DNA of 64,000 nucleotides from Minisyncoccota bacterium (GTDB lineage: Bacteria; Patescibacteriota; Minisyncoccia; Phycocordibacterales; UBA5272): the NCBI GenBank assembly GCA_018063165.1, contig JAGOQU010000002.1:3048-67047 (forward strand), in the 5' to 3' direction. Position 1 is the first letter of the stretch; every line of letters begins with the position of its first letter. The notes below the pieces were generated by a model. The model did not search any database and was not told the DNA's origin. It saw nothing but the letters and a program-made list of their open reading frames with translations. Of the stretch, positions 49,471 through 58,014 are shown piece after piece. Both the position numbers and the translations under genes were made by a program.

Positions 49471-50013
49471 TTAAATCTCAATAATATACTTTTTATGCAA
49501 AACGATAGGCAAACCACTCTTAGACGCCTTGTCTATCGTGTCTTGAGTTCCTGTACTGTTATTAACTTGAAAAGCATACACTTCATCTGAGATCTTTACT
49601 TCCTCATCATGACGGTCATTATAATGATCTTGTGTGATAATATCATTTGGCATTTCAGATAAAGATTCAGGATTAGCATCTTTTATTTTTTGAAGAAGCT
49701 TTTCAAGGTTATTAACATTTTCTGTAGTAATTGGTGCTATTGTCCAATTAGTGTGATAGTCATACACATAACTCTTAAACATTGCTGGAATAATAACTTT
49801 TAATCGTGAAGCATCAGGATATAGCCTCATTGCTTCATCCATAGCAAAGTAATCCACCCCTGTAGCTCCACCTGTTACGATTCCATCGCCACGAGAAAGT
49901 ACTTCCCGAGTTGCTTCACGAACATCATTCTCAACTTCTTGATTTGTAAGTTTCCAAGTTCCTGTAAATAGTATCCATTTCATAGTTACTATTTTAACAT
50001 GGTATGGGTTCAT
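49471..50013 (-). CDS. SLOG/DprA-LOG-like Rossmann-fold nucleotide-binding protein
   Basis: 'VTGGATGVDYFAMDEA' glycine-rich motif reminiscent of DprA/LOG/YpsA (SLOG) families; assignment tentative. Confidence 0.35.
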   Translation of the reverse strand: MNPYHVKIVTMKWILFTGTWKLTNQEVENDVREATREVLSRGDGIVTGGATGVDYFAMDEAMRLYPDASRLKVIIPAMFKSYVYDYHTNWTIAPITTENVNNLEKLLQKIKDANPESLSEMPNDIITQDHYNDRHDEEVKISDEVYAFQVNNSTGTQDTIDKASKSGLPIVLHKKYIIEI

Positions 50014-50195
50014 TGTATAAAATTTTTCTGTAAATGACTGCCCCGTTTAAACTACATGTTTATATGCAATATATAAATGAAAATTGAAAATTGTATTGGA
50101 GCAACACATAATTTTCTAGATTGAAAACTACTCTTTAGTTTCTTGTTTGAGTTAAAATAAAAACAAAAACCGCTAACGCAGTTTTTGCGTAGCGG

Positions 50196-50489
50196 TTATT
50201 TAAGCCGTTCAATGGGGATGTTCACGTCATTGAGACACGCAACGGATACACCAGCAGTAACAAGGGTGTTAGGTGGGTAAAGTTTGAATGTTCCAAGAGA
50301 CCGACGAATCAACCTTTCAAGGTCCTGTGTTTGACCTTCGATAAAAACATTGGAAATGTGCTCAAGCGTAGGTGTCGAGATTTCTGAGGTCTCTTTTTTT
50401 ACGTACCGTAAATAAGAATCAGGGTTTTTGGTATCAAGAACCGTAGATATTTTAGCAATACATAATTGCCGTTTCTCTCTATCCTTCAT
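50196..50489 (-). CDS. Hypothetical protein (97 aa), second gene of a two-gene pair
   Basis: ORF; terminator hairpin overlapping the stop (50168-50198). Confidence 0.35.
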   Translation of the reverse strand: MKDREKRQLCIAKISTVLDTKNPDSYLRYVKKETSEISTPTLEHISNVFIEGQTQDLERLIRRSLGTFKLYPPNTLVTAGVSVACLNDVNIPIERLK

Positions 50490-50510
50490 TAGACGCTCCT
50501 AAGTTGAGAA

Positions 50511-50735
50511 TTATTTACTTGTATTTCGATATGAACCACCACGATAGCGGTTGTAACGTTTTGCATAGTAGGGAACTTTGGTTGTTTCGACTCTGCAACA
50601 CATTTGCTGAGGAACGAAAATTTTAGAAATTTGACCAAGAAGTTTTTCCTCCTGAATTGAATTGAATTCCTCAAAATCTGAGGATAAGTAAGCAGCTACA
50701 GTTGGGGTATGGCTGACAACAGTAAGAGTACACAC
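50511..50735 (-). CDS. Hypothetical small basic protein (74 aa), first gene of the pair
   Basis: ORF 22 nt upstream of the previous gene; C-terminus Arg/Tyr-rich. Confidence 0.3.
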   Translation of the reverse strand: MCTLTVVSHTPTVAAYLSSDFEEFNSIQEEKLLGQISKIFVPQQMCCRVETTKVPYYAKRYNRYRGGSYRNTSK

Positions 50736-50960
50736 CTTTTTATTTCCTTAAGTTAAAAGAGCCACTTCCTGAAAGAGATTTTTAGTATCTTTAAGGATGT
50801 TACAAGTATACACGAAATACATATTTTGTCAAGTATCACCATTGACGACTTGTAAATTAAGTGTTTTCGTGTTAGTGTCCTCTGTAATGGATAAAAACCA
50901 TTAAAAACTCATATTCATTCTGTAAGAACAGAACTGAGAAACAATACAAGTACCGAGAAA

Positions 50961-51040
50961 TAACCACCGATTTTGGTGGTTATTTTTATGTGTGTTGCGG
51001 AGGCATATTCATAGTCGCGAGTACGCTCCTTGAAATGCAC
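50961..51040 (+). repeat. Repeat R1 copy B
   Basis: See copy A; together they bracket ~2.8 kb. Confidence 0.8.
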
Positions 51041-51079
51041 TGCGCAAAATATGTCTTTTGTTTACAAAAGACTATTTTG

Positions 51080-51170
51080 CGGAGAATGTGAGATTCGAAC
51101 TCACGGGCCTAATAAAAGGCCGACGGTTTAGTAAACCGTTGATTTAAGCCACTCATCCAATTCTCCTGTA
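51080..51170 (-). tRNA. Type-II (long variable arm) Ser-like tRNA with atypical anticodon arm; manual fold gives anticodon ACU
   Basis: Minus-strand fold: acceptor GGAGAAT/ATTCTCC, T-arm GTGAGTTCGAATCTCAC, variable arm CGGCCTTTTATTAGGCCCG, anticodon arm ACGGT-TTACTAA-ACCGT that is part of a perfect palindrome ACGGTTTA-C-TAAACCGT. Confidence 0.5.
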
Positions 51171-51224
51171 CAAGCAATAATACCAAAATAAATAGCTTTA
51201 GTCACTGTTTTATAAAAAAACTTT

Positions 51225-51572
51225 TTATTTTGAAAGTGTGCCTATTCTGAGTTCTTGTAATAAAGATTGAGCTTCTCCTTTTGTGTGTTTTCTTTCACTT
51301 GTAAACATGGTGGTTGCATCATGTCCACAACCACGAAGTATTTCTGGGTTATGTTTTCCAGAAGCTATGAAAGATGTTGCATCGATAACAGAAGAATCTA
51401 TCGCTATCCAACAATCTTCTTTTGTAGCATGTTTTGCTACTTCTTCTAAGGTAAAGGTTTTGTTGTTTGTTGTTGTATTTGTAGTAACAGTAGTTGTTTG
51501 TTTTCTTAGTGTAAAAAACATAGTAATACTAATAATGATTACAATAAGTATAACGAGCATTGTTTTATTCAT
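51225..51572 (-). CDS. Membrane-anchored cytochrome b5-like domain protein (HPGG replaced by GKHNPE)
   Basis: 'TLEEVAKHATKEDCWIAIDSSVIDATSFI...GCGHDATTMFTSERKH...LLQELRIGTL' follows the cyt-b5 domain pattern; N-terminal TM. Confidence 0.45.
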   Translation of the reverse strand: MNKTMLVILIVIIISITMFFTLRKQTTTVTTNTTTNNKTFTLEEVAKHATKEDCWIAIDSSVIDATSFIASGKHNPEILRGCGHDATTMFTSERKHTKGEAQSLLQELRIGTLSK

Positions 51573-51678
51573 ATACTGGAGTATACGAATAGTTTGTTAT
51601 TTTTCTTTCATATACTATATATAAAGTAAATATAGTATATAATGGTGTGTAACTTATTAGATATAGTATTTAAAATGT

Positions 51679-52686
51679 ATGAATAAACATAAAATTCTAG
51701 CCATAATAATGGCAGGGGGTATAGCTTTAACAGGAATATATGTTTCTTTTGCTGAAGAAAATGACGAACTTTCTTTTGATTTAAAGTTTGGACAAAGGGG
51801 AACACAAATTACTAAACTTCAAGATTTTCTTATAGAAAAGGGATATCTTAACACAAATTCTACAGGGTATTTTGGAAGAATGACTGCAAACGCCGTAGCT
51901 CGTTATCAAAAAGAAAATAACTTAGATTCTGTTGGTCGTGTCGGCCCACTTACACGTAAAGCTATGAATAAAGACATGCGAACTTTAAAAGAATTTAAGA
52001 AAAAAGGAGATGACCACTCTACACAAAATTCTCTTGATGTAGATGGTGTATATTCAGGAACACTTCCTTGTGCATCATGTTCTGGAATAGAGACAACACT
52101 TGAACTTAACAAAGGAACGTACACTCTTGTTGAAAAGTATCTAAAGAGTGACACTCTTGTATCTACTACAACAGGTTCGTTTACTTGGAAAGATAAAAAT
52201 GTAATCCAATTAACCGGTATAGCAACCGGAACACGATCGGTAATGTATAAAGTTGGTGAAAATACAATAACACAGCTTAATATGGATGGTAATATGGTTA
52301 CAGGAGAAACTGCTCCTTTCTATACGTTAAAGAAAGTTGTTGCGACAGGGTATTTTGTTGAAGATAAGAAGTGGAAAATGGTAGAACTTGAAGGAAAACC
52401 AATAACTGGTTCTGTTGAGACGTATTACATAGTGCTTCACTCAAAAGAGAAAAGATTAGAAACAAAAGCGGGATGTAATCAAATGGGTGGTATGTATACA
52501 TTAGATGGATATAGATTCAAAACATCAGGAGTATTTTCTACAATGATGGCATGTGAGAATATGAATGATGAGCAAGCATTTTCAAAAGTATTAGAACTTG
52601 CTGATAACATTTCATATTCTGAAACTAACCTATCTTTCAACAAAGCTAGAATGGCTCCACTTGCGAGATTTGAACTAGTGAAGTAA
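51679..52686 (+). CDS. Peptidoglycan-binding domain + NlpE-N-like + META/HslJ-like domain protein
   Basis: PG_binding_1 pattern 'GTQITKLQDFLIEKGYLN...GYFGRMTANAVARYQKENNLDSVGRVGPLT'; 'LPCASCSGIETTLEL' NlpE-like. Confidence 0.55.
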   Translation: MNKHKILAIIMAGGIALTGIYVSFAEENDELSFDLKFGQRGTQITKLQDFLIEKGYLNTNSTGYFGRMTANAVARYQKENNLDSVGRVGPLTRKAMNKDMRTLKEFKKKGDDHSTQNSLDVDGVYSGTLPCASCSGIETTLELNKGTYTLVEKYLKSDTLVSTTTGSFTWKDKNVIQLTGIATGTRSVMYKVGENTITQLNMDGNMVTGETAPFYTLKKVVATGYFVEDKKWKMVELEGKPITGSVETYYIVLHSKEKRLETKAGCNQMGGMYTLDGYRFKTSGVFSTMMACENMNDEQAFSKVLELADNISYSETNLSFNKARMAPLARFELVK

Positions 52687-52708
52687 TTTGAAGTTTCTTG
52701 TTTAAAAG

Positions 52709-52740
52709 AAAAACAGAGCTTGAATGCTCTGTTTTTCTTT
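52709..52740 (+). terminator. Terminator hairpin
   Basis: aaaaacagagc-ttgaat-gctctgttttt. Confidence 0.55.
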
Positions 52741-52745
52741 TGATG

Positions 52746-52832
52746 CGGAGGAGGTGAGATTCGAACTCACGGTCCGATTACTCAGACTCCTGTTTTCAAG
52801 ACAGGTGCAATCGACCACTCTGCCACTCCTCC
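52746..52832 (-). tRNA. tRNA-Ser (anticodon TGA), type II
   Basis: Minus-strand fold: GGAGGAGTGGCAGAGTGG..., anticodon arm CCTGT-CTTGAAA-ACAGG, long variable arm, T-arm GTGAGTTCGAATCTCAC. Confidence 0.75.
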
Positions 52833-52919
52833 ATATTATTATCGATTGATACCTATTCTAACATACATATTTTGTTTTTTAAAGGTATCACTATATACTA
52901 GTATGATTACAATAAATAT

Positions 52920-53978
52920 ATGCAAAAAGAAGTACATACTACTACATTGCTTAGTGTCATAAAATATAAATATGCCCCATTTTTTATAATAGTACTATCT
53001 GGTATTATTTTTGGTGCCGGATATATAACATCTTCTTTAATTACTGAAGATAAATACCAAGATTTTTTGAGTAATTTTAAGAACATCCGTGAAGATACAT
53101 CAAAATATACGTTTATTAACCCACTCGTTGGTAACATAAGTGCACCAGCGACAGATGTTGGTATATATACAGATATTAAAGAAGATATAGATTCTTATTT
53201 GGAAAAACAAAAGAAAAAAGGTGAATTGTTTAATTATTCTTTTTATTTTAGAGATTTGAATTCTGGTCTTTGGTTTGGTTCTAACGAATTAGAATCTTTT
53301 TTTCCTGCTAGTTTATTTAAATTACCTATTGCTCTTGCAGCATACAAACAAACAGAAGATAAGCCTGGTTTCATTAATACAATGGTTGTATATACAGAGG
53401 ATATAGCAAAAAGAAATGAGGTAGTACAAATAAATGCAGTGAGTACTCTTACTATAGGGAAAGCATATTCAATAGAGTATCTAATAGAAAGAATGTTAAT
53501 TGACTCTGATAACGGAGCAAAAGATTTAATACTTTCTGTTCTTGATATGAAATATTTTGATGATCTTTTTCAGACTGTATCTTTTGTTGATTATAATACA
53601 GATAATAAGTATTCACTTTCTTCTTGTAAATATTCTTTGTTTCTAAGAGTTCTTTATGGGTCATCGTATGTTAATGAAACACATTCAGAACTTATTATGT
53701 CTTTACTAACTAAAAGTGAATATAAAGATGGTTTGGTAGGAGGTATACCAGGTTCTGTTAAGGTAGCTCATAAGTTTGGTACGTATCAGTTTGATGAAGA
53801 GGAAAAAGGTGTAACAGTTTCTTCAAGACAGTTACATGATTGTGGTGTTGTGTACCATTTAGAAAATCCATATGTTATTTGTTTCATGACAAAAGGAAAA
53901 GATCTTGAAACGTTACAAAAAATAATTGGACATATTTCTTCCTTAGTATATCAATATCAATCAGAAGGAGATCATTAA
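52920..53978 (+). CDS. Beta-lactamase class A-like / penicillin-binding serine hydrolase fold protein
   Basis: 'ASLFK' (SxxK), 'DSDN' (SDN), 'HKFGT' (K[T/F]G); N-terminal TM. Confidence 0.55.
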   Translation: MQKEVHTTTLLSVIKYKYAPFFIIVLSGIIFGAGYITSSLITEDKYQDFLSNFKNIREDTSKYTFINPLVGNISAPATDVGIYTDIKEDIDSYLEKQKKKGELFNYSFYFRDLNSGLWFGSNELESFFPASLFKLPIALAAYKQTEDKPGFINTMVVYTEDIAKRNEVVQINAVSTLTIGKAYSIEYLIERMLIDSDNGAKDLILSVLDMKYFDDLFQTVSFVDYNTDNKYSLSSCKYSLFLRVLYGSSYVNETHSELIMSLLTKSEYKDGLVGGIPGSVKVAHKFGTYQFDEEEKGVTVSSRQLHDCGVVYHLENPYVICFMTKGKDLETLQKIIGHISSLVYQYQSEGDH

Positions 53979-53986
53979 ATATATAT

Positions 53987-54448
53987 ATGAAATATCTTGG
54001 TTTAGATTTTGGTTCTAAAAAAGTTGGATTTGCTCAGTCAGATGATGAAGGAAGACTTGCTTTTCCTCTCATGATTGCACCAAATGATACTTCTTTGTTA
54101 AAAGATACACTTGAACTTATTCGTGAAATGAAGTTTTCTGTTGTTGTAATAGGGGAGAGTGTTGATGGTAATGGAACATTAAATCCAATAGCAAAAGAAG
54201 CTAGAGCTTTTGGTGCAAAAATTGAAAATGGAATAGATGTTATTGTAAAATTTGAAAAGGAGTGGTATTCGACAGTGGAAGCTCGTAAACAACCTGGTAA
54301 TGAAGGTAATCATGAAGTTGACGATCAAGCCGCTGCTATTGTTCTTCAAAGATATCTTGATAAGATTAACGGTCCACAAATATCTGAAGAAACATTTGGT
54401 GATGAAGAAGATTTGGATGAAGTAGAACAAACTTCTGATTCTTGGTAA
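53987..54448 (+). CDS. ruvX: YqgF/RuvX-like Holliday-junction-resolvase-family nuclease
   Basis: 'YLGLDFGSKKVGFAQSDDEGRLAFPL', 'VVVIGESVDGNG' RNase H-fold pattern. Confidence 0.7.
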   Translation: MKYLGLDFGSKKVGFAQSDDEGRLAFPLMIAPNDTSLLKDTLELIREMKFSVVVIGESVDGNGTLNPIAKEARAFGAKIENGIDVIVKFEKEWYSTVEARKQPGNEGNHEVDDQAAAIVLQRYLDKINGPQISEETFGDEEDLDEVEQTSDSW

Positions 54449-54458
54449 TATAGTATAT

Positions 54459-54839
54459 ATGGATAATAAAGATACACAAGATAATAAAAGCGTTGTTAAT
54501 GAAACAGAAAAAGAATATATAACTATTGATGATTTTGTAAAAATTGATATCAGAGTAGGGGAGGTGCTTTCTGTTTCTGTTGTTGAAGGTGCTGATAAAT
54601 TATATATTCTTTCTGTTGATTTAGGTGAAGAAAAACCAAGACAAATCCTTTCAGGTATTAGAGAATTTATAGAGAGTGTAGACCTTGTTGGAAAACAGTT
54701 TCCATTTATTACAAATTTAGCACCTCGTATGTTAAGGGGGCATGAATCACAAGGGATGATATTAGCAGGAAGTGACGAACATGGTTTAGCTCTTTTTAAT
54801 CCTTCTAAAACACTTAAAAACGGAACAAGACTTAGATAG
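54459..54839 (+). CDS. tRNA-binding (EMAP/Myf/CsaA-like) domain protein
   Basis: 'DFVKIDIRVGEVLSV...KLYILSVDLGEE..RQILSGI...FITNLAPRMLRGHESQGMILA'. Confidence 0.7.
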   Translation: MDNKDTQDNKSVVNETEKEYITIDDFVKIDIRVGEVLSVSVVEGADKLYILSVDLGEEKPRQILSGIREFIESVDLVGKQFPFITNLAPRMLRGHESQGMILAGSDEHGLALFNPSKTLKNGTRLR

Positions 54840-54869
54840 AAAACAAAAAAAGATTAAAAATCTTTATTT

Positions 54870-55469
54870 TTGATATGGTATGATTACACTATGATACAAA
54901 AGTTAGTTTCTTGGACAGAGGCATTCGCTAAACACAAACACAATGAATTATATTTATTTGCTGTAGCTTTTACAGAATCTTCTTTTTTTCTTATACCTCC
55001 TGATGTTCTTATTATAGCCATTCTTTCACATGGTATAAAAGTTTCTTGGCTTCGTATAGCGTCTATTTCAACCGTTGGATCAGTTCTGGGAGGTATTTTT
55101 GGATACTTAATAGGAAGTTTTTTTTATACACATATAGGAGAACCTGTCGTTGTTATGTATGGTCTTCAGGAAGAAGTGCTGTATGTTGGTGAACAGTTCA
55201 AAAAAAATGCTTTCCTTTCTATTTTAGTAGCTGCTTTTACTCCTATTCCTTATAAAGTCTTCACTATTTCTGCTGGTCTTTTTTCACTTAATTTATTTAC
55301 ATTTATTGGTGCGTCAATTGTTGGTCGTGGTGCTCGTTTTTTTCTGGTAGCTTTTTTAGCAGATAGATACGGAGAGAAAACAAAAGAGTTTATAGTAAAA
55401 AAATTTGATGCTGTCTTTTTTGTTATAGGTATATTAATTCTTTTTTTACTTTATTTTGTTAATAAGTAG
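54870..55469 (+). CDS. DedA/YqaA-family membrane protein
   Basis: 'LFAVAFTESSFFLIPPDVLIIAIL'. Confidence 0.6.
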   Translation: MIWYDYTMIQKLVSWTEAFAKHKHNELYLFAVAFTESSFFLIPPDVLIIAILSHGIKVSWLRIASISTVGSVLGGIFGYLIGSFFYTHIGEPVVVMYGLQEEVLYVGEQFKKNAFLSILVAAFTPIPYKVFTISAGLFSLNLFTFIGASIVGRGARFFLVAFLADRYGEKTKEFIVKKFDAVFFVIGILILFLLYFVNK

Positions 55470-55483
55470 AGTATACTTTCTAT

Positions 55484-55717
55484 ATGAATCACCACATATG
55501 TATACATGATGAATATAGTACTTTTGATGGAGAGTTTGTACCTATTGGAAAACAACTTATTGAAAAAGATATAACGCAAGCTATTAATGAAGTGCTTGAT
55601 ATGATTGTTCACAAAATTGGAAAAGGGAATGTGGTTGTTTGTGGAAAAGGTGATGCAAAAAGAATGTTAGGTAGAAAACTCGAAGATAGATTAGGGAGAA
55701 AAGTGGAGTACGAATAA
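55484..55717 (+). CDS. Hypothetical small protein (77 aa)
   Basis: ORF only. Confidence 0.3.
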   Translation: MNHHICIHDEYSTFDGEFVPIGKQLIEKDITQAINEVLDMIVHKIGKGNVVVCGKGDAKRMLGRKLEDRLGRKVEYE

Positions 55718-55754
55718 AACAAAATACGTTTTATTTAAATAGTTTTTTGTAGAT

Positions 55755-55772
55755 GTGCCCTCGCGTGGAATC
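55755..55772 (+). repeat. Direct copy of the tRNA-Arg(TCT) 3' end (gtgccctcgcgtggaatc), ~145 bp beyond the gene
   Basis: 18/18 nt identical to 55919..55936. Confidence 0.75.
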
Positions 55773-55869
55773 TGTCACAAATCTGCCTCGCTTTGCTCGA
55801 AGCAGATTCGCGATCCCGTATTCGCTTCCACCGTAAGTGACGAAGGTCACTTACTTTCTGTTGACATTG

Positions 55870-55917
55870 TTAATATAAAAAGTACCCACTGATTACAGTC
55901 GGTACTTTTTATATTAA
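55870..55917. terminator. Long perfect hairpin adjacent to the tRNA-Arg(TCT) 3' end
   Basis: ttaatataaaaagtacc-(14 nt)-ggtactttttatattaa. Confidence 0.55.
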
Positions 55918-55919
55918 TG

Positions 55920-55991
55920 TGCCCTCGCGTGGAATCGAACCACGAATAACGGCTTAGAAGTCCGCAGTTATATCCATTTAACTACAAGGGC
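55920..55991 (-). tRNA. tRNA, manual fold gives anticodon TCT (Arg); weak 27:43/31:39 pairs
   Basis: Minus-strand: GCCCTTG-TA-GTTA...TAAC-T-GCGGA-CTTCTAA-GCCGT-...CGTGGTTCGATTCCACG-CGAGGGC-A. Confidence 0.6.
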
Positions 55992-56127
55992 GTAAAGCAC
56001 AGTATATATACTATCAGAAATTTTAAAAAGAGGCGAGAAGTATAGTAAGTACACCTTGTTGTTTTATCGGAATCGGTCACGTAAACAATTTTTGATTACA
56101 AAAAATAGAAGTCTACCCTTGATTCCA

Positions 56128-56225
56128 AGTCCAAGACATAACTTTACTAAGTTAGAATTGAACTTGCTAGTTCTCCGCATTCGAATCCTCACGTACGACA
56201 CGCAGGTGTCGTACTTATTTCCCAC
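56128..56225. repeat. Structured repeat module homologous to 46951-47045
   Basis: Shared 'caagtccaagacataac'; three consecutive hairpins with compensatory changes relative to the 46.9-kb copy (aacc..ggtt vs aact..agtt; gaatc-tgct-gattc vs gaact-tgct-agttc; N9-gcag-N9'). Confidence 0.6.
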
Positions 56226-56274
56226 TAAAATACAAAAACAGAATCATTTGATTCTGTTTTTGTATTTTAGTGGG
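56221..56274. terminator. 26-bp perfect hairpin overlapping the tRNA-Val 3' end
   Basis: cccactaaaatacaaaaacagaatca-tt-tgattctgtttttgtattttagtggg. Confidence 0.6.
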
Positions 56275-56343
56275 AAATAGAGGATTCGAACCTCTGACCT
56301 TCGCTGTGTAAAAGCGCTGCTCTACCAACTGAGCTAATCTCCC
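56271..56343 (-). tRNA. tRNA-Val (anticodon TAC)
   Basis: Minus-strand: GGGAGATTAGCTCAGTTGGTAGAGC..., loop TTTACAC, T-arm GAGGTTCGAATCCTC. Confidence 0.7.
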
Positions 56344-56439
56344 TTATGAATATAATACTATCACATCTTTGTATATTTACACAAGTCATCTAAGATGTTC
56401 TTATTAGTAAAAAAGTCATGTTTCTGCTAGTATGGTCTT

Positions 56440-57174
56440 ATGAAATTCCCAATTCTTTTTGAGAACAAGCACGCTGTTATTATTAATAAGCCAGCGGGTA
56501 TTATTGTGCATCCAGATGAAAGACAAGAAGAATACACTGTTGCAGAATGGGTGAAAGAAACCTACGGTGCTTTAGGGGTTGGTGAAATTGGTAGAGAAGG
56601 TGTTGTGCATAGACTAGATAGAAACACCACAGGTGTACTTGTGTTGGCAAAAGATAATATTGCATACACAACATTTAAAAAACAATTTAGAGATCATACA
56701 GCCCGCAAAGTATACAGAGCTATTGTAGAAGGACATATTAGACATGACACAGGAATGATTAGTCTTCCTATAGCGCGAGCTAAAAGTGATTTTCGTAAAA
56801 GAACAACGGTAGATATGTTTTCACAAGATCAACGAGGAGAAGAAAGAGATGCAATTACACGATATAAAGTTCTTGAGAGGGTAACAGCTTCAAATGGTCA
56901 ACATTATTCTTATGTTGAATGTTATCCTTTAACTGGCCGAACACATCAAATAAGGGCGCATTTTCGAGGTATTCGTCATCCTATTATAGGAGATGATCTC
57001 TATGGGTCTTTTAAGGGCAAAGATATGGCTCCTAGATCTATGCTTCATGCTTATTCTATTACAATAGACATTCCAAATGAGAACGAAGGTAAAACTAATG
57101 AAACAATTCTTGCAGAAATTCCTAAAGATTTTAAAGATACCTTAAAAGCTCTTACTTTTAGTTTCAAATCCTAA
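56440..57174 (+). CDS. RluA-family pseudouridine synthase
   Basis: Catalytic 'HRLDRNTTGVLVLAKD'. Confidence 0.85.
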   Translation: MKFPILFENKHAVIINKPAGIIVHPDERQEEYTVAEWVKETYGALGVGEIGREGVVHRLDRNTTGVLVLAKDNIAYTTFKKQFRDHTARKVYRAIVEGHIRHDTGMISLPIARAKSDFRKRTTVDMFSQDQRGEERDAITRYKVLERVTASNGQHYSYVECYPLTGRTHQIRAHFRGIRHPIIGDDLYGSFKGKDMAPRSMLHAYSITIDIPNENEGKTNETILAEIPKDFKDTLKALTFSFKS

Positions 57175-57279
57175 AAAATCAATAAAATCTGTATTTTGAA
57201 GATAGTTTCATAGGGAATAGTTTAAATCTCTTGCGAAATATCATTTTTTATGATATTATCTCTCTACTAAGATATTTCT

Positions 57280-57708
57280 ATGAAAACAACGATTACTTTT
57301 ACACCAGTTGATATTGAAGCCCGCAAATCATTAGATTTTTCATCTGGTGATGTTGTTCGTGTATGGAACAAGATTAAAGAAGCTGATGGAAAGACACGTC
57401 TTCAGGCTTTTGAAGGTATGGTTCTTGCTCGTAAGCATGGTACAGAAATAGGGGCCACATTTACTATTCGTCGTGTTGCTTCAGGTGTTGGGGTTGAACG
57501 TGTATTTCCACTTTTTGGTGTAATGATTGATAAAATAGAAATTGTTCGTCGTGCTCGTACACGTCGTAGTAAACTTTACTATGTTCGCGACAAAGCTCTT
57601 CGTGATGTACGTCGTAAGCTTAAGAAAGATACTCGTGTTGTTAAGAAAGGAAGTACAACAACAATGGAGGCTGTTGTAGAAGAAATTTCAGAAGAAGTAA
57701 CAGCATAA
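57280..57708 (+). CDS. rplS: 50S ribosomal protein L19
   Basis: 'FSSGDVVRVWNKIKEADGKTRLQAFEGMVLARKHGTEIGATFTIRRVASGVGVERVFPL'. Confidence 0.85.
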   Translation: MKTTITFTPVDIEARKSLDFSSGDVVRVWNKIKEADGKTRLQAFEGMVLARKHGTEIGATFTIRRVASGVGVERVFPLFGVMIDKIEIVRRARTRRSKLYYVRDKALRDVRRKLKKDTRVVKKGSTTTMEAVVEEISEEVTA

Positions 57709-57710
57709 TA

Positions 57711-57747
57711 AAAAAACCTCAATCAGAAACGATTGAGGTTTTTTTTA
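57711..57747 (+). terminator. Intrinsic terminator after rplS
   Basis: aaacctcaatc-agaaac-gattgaggttt + T-run. Confidence 0.6.
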
Positions 57748-57919
57748 TTTTGTTTGATTTACTAGATGAGCTAATAATATCGGGAATTGGTCATCAAATA
57801 TACATAATACGAAATAGGAGGACTTGATCACAAAGTCTATTTTGATTACAAAAATATAGGACTTTGCGATCCCTACTCAAGTCCATATAAAAGTGATAGA
57901 AGAACTAACAATATCGGGA

Positions 57920-57992
57920 CTTGGTCACCTCGTCTCGTTTCAGGATTATCTGAAACAGTAGACTCCTCGACCCCTATTCAAGTCCTCACGCA
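57920..57992. repeat. Structured repeat module, inverted homolog of 38795-38856
   Basis: Reverse complement reads 'gaataggggtcgaggagtctactg-tttcag..ctgaaa-cgagacgaggtgacc' versus 38801 'gaataggggtcgaggagtctcctg-ttttatg..cataaaa-cgagacgaggtgacc' (the hairpin stem differs, with compensatory changes). Confidence 0.6.
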
Positions 57993-58014
57993 TGACACGC
58001 AGGTGTCATGCTTC

